Positions 15,700-23,492 of a stretch of 64,000 nt of DNA are shown piece by piece (the stretch's first letter is position 1; the number at the start of each line of letters is the position of its first letter). The position numbers were made by a program, and so were the translations under genes. Source of the DNA: Myxococcota bacterium (lineage in GTDB: Bacteria > Myxococcota_A > SURF-8); NCBI GenBank assembly GCA_963674735.2, contig CAXXQS010000002.1, positions 2,240,001 to 2,304,000 of the forward strand. The letters are read 5' to 3'. The notes below the pieces were generated by a model. It saw only the letters and a list, made by a program, of their open reading frames with translations. It was not told where the DNA came from and made no database searches.

Positions 15700-18588
15700 C
15701 TAGCTGCAGCCGTGTTGGGTGCCGCAGTTTGTGCACATGTAACAGGAGCCGCTACGTACCATGATCGTACCGCAACTCGGACAACCGGGGGCGTCCTCCT
15801 GATTGACGTAGGCTTGCCGTTCCGATTTGGCGGCGTTGTGGCCGTTTTTCGCGATGACCGTATCCGCGCCATTGGTGATGGTGGGCTGAACCTGATTGCC
15901 GACCATGGTGCGCTTCTCCTCGGTGAGGAATTTCGATCCCAACCAACGGAAGATGTAATCGTAGATCGATTTCGCCATGGGAATTTCGGGGTTCTGGGTG
16001 AAGCCCGCCGGTTCGAAACGCATGTGGCTGAACTTCTCGACCAAATCCTCCAGTGGGACGCCGTACTGCAAGGCGAGGGATGTCATGGTGGCGAAGCCGT
16101 CCATCAGACCGGAGACCGTGCTGCCTTCCTTGCTCATCAGCAGGAAGATTTCACCGGGTGCGCCGTCCTCATAGGTGCCGACCGTCACGTAACCCTCGTG
16201 GCCGCCGACGCTGAATTTGTGGGTGATGGCCTGACGCTCGTCGGCCAGTTTGTGGCGCAGACGTTGGGGCTCGATTTCTTTGGCTTTTTTCTCCCCCGTG
16301 TTGAGAGGCTGGGTGCGCTTGGAGTTGTCGCGGTAAATGGCCACCGCTTTGAGTCCCAGTCGCCAGGCTTCGGTGTAGGCCTCCATGATATCGTCGACGC
16401 TGGATTCTTCGGGCATGTTGACCGTTTTCGAAATTGCCCCGGAAATGAAGGGCTGGCAGGCACCCATCATGCGCAGATGTCCCATATGGGAGATGAAACG
16501 CTGGCCGTTGACGGGCCGTAGCGCGCAATCGAATACCGGCAGGTGCAGCGGATCGAGGTGCGGCGATCCTTCGATGGTCTGGTTTTCATCGATATAGGCG
16601 ACGATGTCGTTGATTTTCTTGTCTGCATAACCCAACCGGCGGAGCGCCCGCGGCACCGACTGGTTGACGATGGTCAGTGTCCCGCCGCCGACCAGCTTTT
16701 TGTATTTGATCAACGCGAGATCCGGTTCGATACCGGTGGTGTCGGCATCCATCATAAATGAAATCGTGCCGGTGGGGGCGATGACCGAGACCTGCGCGTT
16801 GCGGAACCCGTGCTCGCTACCCGTCTCCAGCGCATCGTCCCAGGTCTGGCGCGCCGTATCAAGCAGCGTTTCGGGGACCAATTCGCCGTCGATCGTATCC
16901 ACCGCTTGGCGATGCGAGCGGATGACATTGATAAAGGAGTTGCGGTTTTTATCGTACTCCTTGAAAGGTCCGGTATGTGCGCTGATGCGTGCCGAGGTGG
17001 CGTAGGCGTGGCCCGTCATGATTGCGGTGATGGCGGAGGCATAGGCCCGGCCCGCATCCGAATCGTAGGGCAGGCTGCGGGTCATCAGCACCGCGCCCAG
17101 GTTGGTGTAGCCAAGTCCCAGGGGACGGTAGAGATGGCTGTTCCAGGTGATTTTGTCGCGCGGGTAGCTGGCGTTGTCGACGATGATTTCCTGTGCGATC
17201 ACGAAGGTTTCGACCGCTTTTTTGAACGCCTCGGCATCGAAGTCATCGTTGTCGTTGAGGAAGGTCATCAGATTGAGTGACGCGAGGTTGCAGGCCGAAT
17301 TATCGGCGAACATGTACTCCGAGCAGGGGTTCGAGGCGTTGATGCGCATGGTGTCGGAGCAGGGGTTCCATTTGTTGATGGTGGTATCGAACTGCATGCC
17401 GGGATCGCCGCAGATGTGGGTGCCTTCGGAGATTTTACGCAGGAGGCCGCGTGCCGGGAAGGTATCCATTTTCTTGCCGGTGGTGACGGCCTTGGTGTAC
17501 CAGACATCGTCGTCGTCGACTTTCTGCATGAAGTCGTCGGGCACGCGCACGCTGTTGTTGGAATTCTGGAAGAAAACCGACCCATAGGCTTCGCCATTGA
17601 TGCCGCCGTCGTAACCCTGATCGATCAGCGCCCAGGCTTTCTTTTCCTCGTTGACTTTACATTCGATGAAATCCGTGATGTCGGGGTGTTCGATGTCGAG
17701 AATCACCATCTTGGCCGCACGGCGCGTTTTTCCGCCCGATTTGATGACACCGGCGAAGGCGTCGTACCCTTTCATGAAGCTCACCGGACCCGAGGCGACC
17801 CCGCCGGTGGAAAGATGCTCGCGGCTGGAGCGCAGTGCCGACAAGTTGGTGCCGGTGCCCGAACCGTATTTGAAGAGCATGCCTTCGGTCTTGGCCAGGT
17901 CCATGATGGACTGCATGGTGTCGTCGACGCTGTTGATGAAGCAGGCCGAACATTGGGGATGTTCTTCCTGGCCGACGTTGAACCACACCGGAGAGTTGAA
18001 GGCGCCGCGTTGGTGCAGCAGAAGGTAGGTGAGTTCATCGCGGAAGATGTCGCGGTTTTCTTCCGTGCTGAACATCCCTTGCTGGAGTCCCCACTCGGCG
18101 ATGTTGACGGCTACGCGGTCGATCAGGTCGCGCAGACTCTTTTCGCGGGTTGCTTCGCCCAATTTGCCGCGAAAATATTTGCTGACCACGACGTTGGTGG
18201 CCATTTGGCTCCAGAACGTGGGGAATTCGAGGTCGTTTTGCTCGAAATAAATTTCGCCCTTATCATTGGACAATTTGGCCGAACGCGTTTCCCATTCGAC
18301 TTCGTCGTAGGGGTGAACGCCTTCTTTGGTGAAGTAGCGTTTCATCGCGATGCCGGGGCCCTGGTGCTTCAGCTTCTTGACATCCAGGATGTAGTGTCCG
18401 CCACGTAGTTTGATCAACAACTCGCGCATATTAGTCGCGTCTCCTTTTGCGGTTACCTTGAGGGGAGCATCGTAGATTTCGTCCCATCCATCCGCAACAG
18501 CATCCCGCATGGGAGTTGTCTCCGCATCGGTGGTGGTTTGTTCGACAGGGGCTGACTGCTTGCGGTTGTCGGTCCGTTCAATGGTCAT
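15700..18588 (-). CDS. nrdJ: Class II (B12-dependent) ribonucleotide reductase with TSCPD domain and C-terminal Zn ribbon
   Basis: FNSPVWFN, PQCSACFI, NPCSEY, ACNLASLNL, IAPTGTI; C-terminal CPSCG...CYMCTNCG...GCS. Confidence 0.95.
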   Translation of the reverse strand: MTIERTDNRKQSAPVEQTTTDAETTPMRDAVADGWDEIYDAPLKVTAKGDATNMRELLIKLRGGHYILDVKKLKHQGPGIAMKRYFTKEGVHPYDEVEWETRSAKLSNDKGEIYFEQNDLEFPTFWSQMATNVVVSKYFRGKLGEATREKSLRDLIDRVAVNIAEWGLQQGMFSTEENRDIFRDELTYLLLHQRGAFNSPVWFNVGQEEHPQCSACFINSVDDTMQSIMDLAKTEGMLFKYGSGTGTNLSALRSSREHLSTGGVASGPVSFMKGYDAFAGVIKSGGKTRRAAKMVILDIEHPDITDFIECKVNEEKKAWALIDQGYDGGINGEAYGSVFFQNSNNSVRVPDDFMQKVDDDDVWYTKAVTTGKKMDTFPARGLLRKISEGTHICGDPGMQFDTTINKWNPCSDTMRINASNPCSEYMFADNSACNLASLNLMTFLNDNDDFDAEAFKKAVETFVIAQEIIVDNASYPRDKITWNSHLYRPLGLGYTNLGAVLMTRSLPYDSDAGRAYASAITAIMTGHAYATSARISAHTGPFKEYDKNRNSFINVIRSHRQAVDTIDGELVPETLLDTARQTWDDALETGSEHGFRNAQVSVIAPTGTISFMMDADTTGIEPDLALIKYKKLVGGGTLTIVNQSVPRALRRLGYADKKINDIVAYIDENQTIEGSPHLDPLHLPVFDCALRPVNGQRFISHMGHLRMMGACQPFISGAISKTVNMPEESSVDDIMEAYTEAWRLGLKAVAIYRDNSKRTQPLNTGEKKAKEIEPQRLRHKLADERQAITHKFSVGGHEGYVTVGTYEDGAPGEIFLLMSKEGSTVSGLMDGFATMTSLALQYGVPLEDLVEKFSHMRFEPAGFTQNPEIPMAKSIYDYIFRWLGSKFLTEEKRTMVGNQVQPTITNGADTVIAKNGHNAAKSERQAYVNQEDAPGCPSCGTIMVRSGSCYMCTNCGTQHGCS

Positions 18589-18874
18589 GTGGTATCTCCC
18601 TCTCTGTACGTTCTAAAAACCTGAAAGGCTCGAATGTTCAATGTTATCAAAAAGATCGCTGGTAACGTCCGGGTCTGGAAAAACGCACACAACTCTCCCT
18701 GCGTCAACGGCTTACGCCTTACGCCCCGTATCGCTTCGCTACCTTGATTTTAGTTTTAACGGGTTGATATCGCCTGTCGGCAGCATCCCCGGTTTATTCC
18801 ACTCACTGTATTTGAGAGCCGACCCACGCCATGGTGCTCATGATCGCTACGGAGCCATCCTGCACAGTCCCTCT

Positions 18875-18998
18875 GGGCGATATGTTGGGTGCTCACAAGC
18901 AGCGAAACTATCAAACTCCTAGTGCCTTGTCAAGGAGCACATACAATATCTAGCGACTCAAACAATGGAAGTATACCATATCTAGGGGGTCTATTCAA
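18875..18998 (-). promoter_or_regulatory. nrdJ tandem sigma70 promoters with three NrdR boxes
   Basis: NrdR-like 16-mers at 18875-90, 18941-56 and 18973-88 (the last two 32 bp apart). Minus-strand promoters: TTGAAT-17-TATACT (18998-18970, extended TG) and TTGACA-17-TAGTTT (18933-18905). Confidence 0.8.
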
Positions 18999-19485
18999 GT
19001 CGGAGGATGTGGAAACCCCTAAGGGTTCAGCTAACTTGGCCATGTGGAATACGGTCTCGTGCGCCTTTCGGCCGTTTCGGGCTGAAAAATCCACTGAATT
19101 CAGTTGATTGGCGTTTGACGGAACGCAAAGCCGAAAAATGGCGAAAGCGAGGTTTTTTTTCTTGAATTTTTTTCGCATCGGCGAGGATCGCCCGAGGGTT
19201 TGAACAAATGTTGTGCATGGAATGTAAGGTTATGATAATACAGTGCAAATAGGTGAATTGCGGTTCATTGACCGTGGATCTGCCCCCGCTATTTTTGCTG
19301 ATCATTGCTAAGCAGCTGAAATTACAATGTATTATGAGTGGTCGACTTGTGGCGGTGGGTGATAGGTATCTAACTATTAATATATTGGACAGTCACGATG
19401 TATTCAATGATTATACACTGTTAGCTTGCGTTGGATGTCGATTTGCCTGTGGTGGCCGGACTGTTGAAAAGCGTCTGCTTAACAT

Positions 19486-19519
19486 AAAAGGAAGAGAGCC
19501 GGTCGTTGAACCGGCTCTC
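19486..19519 (-). terminator. Intrinsic terminator on the minus strand
   Basis: Perfect 10-bp stem GAGAGCCGGT/ACCGGCTCTC followed on - by TTCCTTTT. Confidence 0.7.
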
Positions 19520-19760
19520 AACCCGTCTTGGTCGAAACGAGGGGCTAACAGGTGCTCCACCCATTGGAACACCCGATTCGGGGCTATAGACGGTCTCCGC
19601 GTGGGAGAGGGAAGGAAAGGCGCGCAGCAAAAAGCCCAAGATTGGCTTCCAACGGGCTGGTTACCCTGGAAACCCTTGATGCCAAGTTACGATGCCACTC
19701 CCACGCGGAAGACCGGGACGCAGGACACCCTACTGATTACGCAAGCGGGGTGCCAGTTTC
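19486..19760 (-). ncRNA. Candidate structured ncRNA of unknown family
   Basis: Serial and nested stems 19551-59/19565-73, 19591-607/19698-715, 19633-37/19654-58, 19724-30/19748-54; mismatches become G-U on -; ends in a terminator. Confidence 0.45.
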
Positions 19761-19887
19761 GCTTTCAGAGTTGCTGAAAACATGAAAAAGCTAGTTAATA
19801 TAGATTGTTAGATGAGATTCCAGAGACAGGGACGCATGGCCTAATTAACTTGGAATGAGGAAAAACCGGGCATTTTTGTCAGATGTG

Positions 19888-20475
19888 TCAGGTTGGGCGC
19901 GGATCCGATCCGGGGCCGGGTGCAATTGCATAAACTTTACGCAAATGATAGAGCTGAAAAATGGCCCGACGCATGCATGCCCGGCTGACGTTGAACAGCG
20001 AGGCCAGTTTGAGACTGATGCGGTCGAGCTCCGTCCGGTTTTTCGGGCTGTAGTCCACTTCGGGGCAGTGGGTGTCCAGCAGCCAAAGGGGGACGAGCAG
20101 GCTGGAAGCGAAGAGATCAGCCTCTTCTTCTACGCGGCGGTCGCTGGGGGGTGTTTCGTCGTCGGCGTCCGCCAGCAGGTGGTGGTGCAAAAGGAAGTGT
20201 CCATATTCATGGGCGATCGAAAAGCGTTGGCGTGGAATCGGCCGCCGGTCGTTGAAGTAGATGGCGGCCCGGTGAACGCGTCCCGAGGCGTCTTGGTCGA
20301 TTTTCAAGAGCGAATCGGCCTGCCCCAGCGCGGCTGGCAAGACTTTCAGATCGGGATGACAACGGTGCAGCAGGTCGGTGGACACCGGCGGGTGCTCGAT
20401 TTCGCTTTGCTTTAAAAGCCGGTCGGCAAGCCGGACAATGCGCAGGGTTCGGGTGAGCGGGCGGGTAGATGGCAT
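19888..20475 (-). CDS. ImmA/IrrE/CapP-family Zn metallopeptidase (anti-repressor)
   Basis: RQRFSIAHEYGH (HExxH), EEEADLFASSLLVP, LASLFNVS. Confidence 0.9.
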   Translation of the reverse strand: MPSTRPLTRTLRIVRLADRLLKQSEIEHPPVSTDLLHRCHPDLKVLPAALGQADSLLKIDQDASGRVHRAAIYFNDRRPIPRQRFSIAHEYGHFLLHHHLLADADDETPPSDRRVEEEADLFASSLLVPLWLLDTHCPEVDYSPKNRTELDRISLKLASLFNVSRACMRRAIFQLYHLRKVYAIAPGPGSDPRPT

Positions 20476-20476
20476 C

Positions 20477-20866
20477 TCAGCCGTCTCCCAAGATGAGGTC
20501 GATGGCGGCTTTTACCTTGTCGTTGGCCTCCACCGCACGAATCACCTTCATGGCGTAAGCAACCTGTTCCGGGGTCAGTGTGTGCCCTTCGCGAAAAAAA
20601 ACCTGACCGGTTTCGGGCGGCTCGTAATAAGGCCGGGCGGCGTCCGCCGCCTTCTCGCGCTGGCGGCGCAAAATCATCTCACGCTTATCCAGATTCAGAA
20701 TTTCACATAATTCCAAAAGCTTGGGTTCGGATGGCAGCGAGCGTCCGTGTTCGAGGTGCGCAATATAGCCTTCGGTGCATTTAAGACGATGGGCCAGTTG
20801 CGCCTGCGTCATGTGTGCGTATTGGCGGGCTGCCCGGATGTGGTCTCCCAGTTTCATGTCGGCCAT
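20477..20866 (-). CDS. XRE-family HTH repressor (ImmR/CI/CapH-like)
   Basis: LGDHIRAAR....MTQAQLA..L..TEGYIAHLEHGRSLPS; coupled to the peptidase gene; start is 20866 or 20857. Confidence 0.9.
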   Translation of the reverse strand: MADMKLGDHIRAARQYAHMTQAQLAHRLKCTEGYIAHLEHGRSLPSEPKLLELCEILNLDKREMILRRQREKAADAARPYYEPPETGQVFFREGHTLTPEQVAYAMKVIRAVEANDKVKAAIDLILGDG

Positions 20867-20880
20867 CCTTGTATGCAACC

Positions 20881-21048
20881 ATACTATACAAATATAGTAT
20901 ATTAGATAGGCGGGGAAAGCAAGTGAAATAAACGGGCGGAATAAGACAGTAATACTTTTACATATCAGTAAACTATGTCGATTACTAATCACACATAAAT
21001 CCGCCGTGTGACATATTCTGTCACAGTCCAATACTTATTATTAAGTAT
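20881..21048. promoter_or_regulatory. Divergent promoter region with palindromic operator candidates
   Basis: ATACTATA-caaa-TATAGTAT (20881-900), ATACT-N10-AGTAA (20952-71), TGTGACA-N5-TGTCACA (21007-25), ATACTTA-ttat-TAAGTAT (21031-48); AT-rich. Confidence 0.65.
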
Positions 21049-21124
21049 AGTTGCTGCGGTGCATTCCATTCGTTTTCGGACGGGCGCGGCGACTCTCAGG
21101 CGGGTTTTCAAGAAGGAGGATAGT

Positions 21125-21589
21125 ATGACTGTCAGGTATGCATGGCGAGAGTTTCGGGAGGATTTCGGCGACCCCCAGCCCCTCGATCCGATGATTTTGT
21201 CTCACTACGGCCCGGTTTCCGTTGATTCCGTTGACGATGAGGGGACCGCGATTGATGGGGGACCGCACCGGGCGTTACCGCGCATTCAATCGGGAGAGGC
21301 GGATGGCTGGGCCTGGTTGGACCAATGGACGACGGAGGTGCAGGAGGGGGTCGGGTTTTGCCGGGTTTGCGATCGGTCCACGAACTTGCCTTATCTGTGC
21401 GGCGACTGTCTCGACAATCTGGAACGGCTTCCGGAGGAATTGGACTGCACGTTTTACATCGAACCGGCCGGATGCATCGCTGTTCTTGACTCGGATGGCG
21501 AACCGGCCGTGTGCGGATGCGGCGGTTTGCTGTATCTGTGCGACCATGCGGATGCGCTGGCGACTCCCGTCGATATGGAGGCCTTATGA
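21125..21589 (+). CDS. Hypothetical Cys-rich (putative Zn-finger) acidic protein
   Basis: AAGGAGG RBS; CRVC...LCGDC and C...CGCGG..LC motifs. Confidence 0.7.
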   Translation: MTVRYAWREFREDFGDPQPLDPMILSHYGPVSVDSVDDEGTAIDGGPHRALPRIQSGEADGWAWLDQWTTEVQEGVGFCRVCDRSTNLPYLCGDCLDNLERLPEELDCTFYIEPAGCIAVLDSDGEPAVCGCGGLLYLCDHADALATPVDMEAL

Positions 21590-21954
21590 TGGGGGAGACG
21601 CCTTTCGCGGATGTGTTGACCGCCTTGCGCTGGTATCTGGCCGCCGGTCGTCGGGCTTGCTCTCCGTTTGTACGCGCATACCGGCTGCACGAACGCATCT
21701 CACAGAGCCGTCTTTCGAGCCTGGATGAGCGTATTGCCGAACCGGCGGTGCTTTACATGCGTGTTGAAAGCCTGCTGGACGAATTGGATAAGACGGTGCG
21801 GGCGCGTCTACTCGGCAATGACTGGCGTCTGCTCGGGTTTTCCAACCGAAATGCGATGTACAAATACCAACACAAAATGCGGCGACAGCTCGAACCGGCG
21901 TTCATTGCCGCCGGACTGATTCCGCCCGACCGCGGAGAGGAAGGTAGTCGATGA
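21586..21954 (+). CDS. Hypothetical protein resembling phage late activators/antiterminators (ArpU/RinA/Q-like)
   Basis: ATGA coupling; VESLLDELD...W..LGFS...Y sigma4-like HTH pattern (weak resemblance). Confidence 0.5.
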   Translation: MMGETPFADVLTALRWYLAAGRRACSPFVRAYRLHERISQSRLSSLDERIAEPAVLYMRVESLLDELDKTVRARLLGNDWRLLGFSNRNAMYKYQHKMRRQLEPAFIAAGLIPPDRGEEGSR

Positions 21955-22187
21955 TGCAGATGATGACGATCCCGGACGAATCGCGAGAGAAACTGTGGGG
22001 CTGGTACAACATTGCCATGGAGTTCGACGTGCACGAGGCTACGGCCAAGCGCTGGTGTCGGGAGGAACCGGAGTTCCGGCGGATCATTCGACGTTTTCGC
22101 AACCGGGTGTTTGCGTATCGGGACGAAGTGCGCCAATGCCGACGTGCCATGGAAACGACTTGGCGGCCCGCGAAACGAACCCAATGA
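21951..22187 (+). CDS. Small HTH DNA-binding protein (excisionase/MerR-like)
   Basis: LWGWYNIAMEFDVHEATAKRW...RVFAYRDEV; ATGA coupling. Confidence 0.6.
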   Translation: MMQMMTIPDESREKLWGWYNIAMEFDVHEATAKRWCREEPEFRRIIRRFRNRVFAYRDEVRQCRRAMETTWRPAKRTQ

Positions 22188-22243
22188 ACGTATTATCGCC
22201 GCATGGCCGTTGAAACGACCGGCGATTGGAAAGGAGTGGCGGT

Positions 22244-22519
22244 ATGGCGGAAATCGATACACACAAAGAAAACGAGCTCGATCGTGTGTTCAAGGGACGC
22301 TTGTTTATCAAGACGCCCGTTCTGGCGCGTCTTTTGGGTGTTTCCACGCGTTCGGTGCAGAAATGGGTATTCGAGGGAAAGATCGAATATTGCGATACCA
22401 CTCCCAGTGGGCGTCAGCTCCTTTTCGATCGAGCGACGGTGGAAGGTATCATTTTGCACGGGATCGGGGGGCGGCTGATGGGAGATACGGTAGAGCACGC
22501 ATCGGCTGGTGAGATTTGA
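22244..22519 (+). CDS. Excisionase-like HTH (HTH_17/MerR-like) protein
   Basis: AAGGAG RBS; LARLLGVSTRSVQKWVFEGKI...TPSGRQLLFDR. Confidence 0.75.
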   Translation: MAEIDTHKENELDRVFKGRLFIKTPVLARLLGVSTRSVQKWVFEGKIEYCDTTPSGRQLLFDRATVEGIILHGIGGRLMGDTVEHASAGEI

Positions 22520-22526
22520 TCGTGAT

Positions 22527-23492
22527 CTACGGCGCGGAAGCGGAGGGGGCGACGATGACCCGGACGAAACGATGGTCGGATGTTTCCCGAGGATCGATTA
22601 CCTGGCGGTCCGAAACCTGCCAGCTTCCACCGGCAAAGACGTGGTCGATGGCGGCGACGGGCTGCGGATGCGGATAAGTGGGGGCGATCGACGTCAAGTC
22701 GAAAGGTGCGGCGGCGAGAAGATCGAAAAGGGTTGGTGTGTCGATTCCCGGGGGGGGCCAGTTGTGTGTCTTGGCCAATTGACGGATGGCCGCATCGGAC
22801 GAAACGACGGGCGGCAGCGGCTCGTTGAAATCGCCCCCCAATATCCAGGGCGTATCGGAGGGCAGAGCGGATCGGATCGCGGTCATTTGTACGCGTCGTG
22901 TGGCGGCTTGCCGATAGTCCAGGTGAGTATTGCCGATGATTAGAGACGTCCCTTGCCGGGTTTGAAGCCGGACGGTCAGCAGGGCACGGCCTTCCGACAC
23001 GGGCCAATCGGGCGATTCGGGTGGGTTGGGCAGTGTGACCGTCTCCGTGCGGTCGGGAGCCTGGCGCGTGAGTGTGGCCAGCCCATAACGACATTTCCAC
23101 AGAACCGGCGGCAGCGGTTCACGATGAGTCCCGGTATCCAGTGTGATAGCGCGGCTGGCATGCATGTTGAGCGCTTCGGCGAGATATTGGGCCTGATCGA
23201 TACCGCCGCTGCGTTGAGAGCCGAAATCCACCTCCTGCAACAGCACGATATCCGGATCGGCGGCCTTGAGAATGACGGCGAGCTTTTTCAGATTTGCCAG
23301 CACGACGGCTTTCGGAACGCCTTGTGCGCCGATGGGGTGTACGCCTGCGGCGACATGCATGTTGGCTGTCACCACCACCCAAGACGAAGTCGAATCAAGA
23401 AGAGGCGAGGATCCCTCGTCGGCCTGCAGCGGAGAGTTGAATAGGCAGAGCATGATTAACACCCCGAGTCCATCATGTAGTATCCGGCTCAT
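22527..23492 (-). CDS. Exported endonuclease/exonuclease/phosphatase family protein
   Basis: Signal peptide; DIVLLQEVD, NTHLD, ILGGDFN, IDHVF, SDH. Confidence 0.9.
   Translation of the reverse strand: MSRILHDGLGVLIMLCLFNSPLQADEGSSPLLDSTSSWVVVTANMHVAAGVHPIGAQGVPKAVVLANLKKLAVILKAADPDIVLLQEVDFGSQRSGGIDQAQYLAEALNMHASRAITLDTGTHREPLPPVLWKCRYGLATLTRQAPDRTETVTLPNPPESPDWPVSEGRALLTVRLQTRQGTSLIIGNTHLDYRQAATRRVQMTAIRSALPSDTPWILGGDFNEPLPPVVSSDAAIRQLAKTHNWPPPGIDTPTLFDLLAAAPFDLTSIAPTYPHPQPVAAIDHVFAGGSWQVSDRQVIDPRETSDHRFVRVIVAPSASAP

Noticed and set aside
18589-18900. Cobalamin riboswitch ahead of B12-dependent nrdJ
   Set aside because: No B12-box or other conserved cobalamin riboswitch elements seen on the minus strand
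19690-19756. c-di-GMP-I riboswitch (GGGACGCA...AGCGGGG resemblance)
   Set aside because: Lacks the GGCAAA/GNRA stem, has no downstream + strand gene, and G-U polarity favours the minus strand
19486-19760. Retron msr-msd, 6S, SRP, tmRNA or RNase P assignment
   Set aside because: No neighbouring RT; the signature motifs (SRP helix 8, tRNA-like ends, RNase P P4) are not found
19253-19777. 174-aa ORF on + across the structured region
   Set aside because: No RBS, atypical composition, and it spans both AT-rich and structured segments; likely spurious
20881-21025. LexA SOS box or CRP site
   Set aside because: Spacing differs from the consensus (TACT-N10-AGTA vs N12; TGTGA-N9-TCACA vs N6)
19888-22519. 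Intact prophage or ICE
   Set aside because: No integrase, att-site tRNA, or replication, conjugation or virion genes nearby
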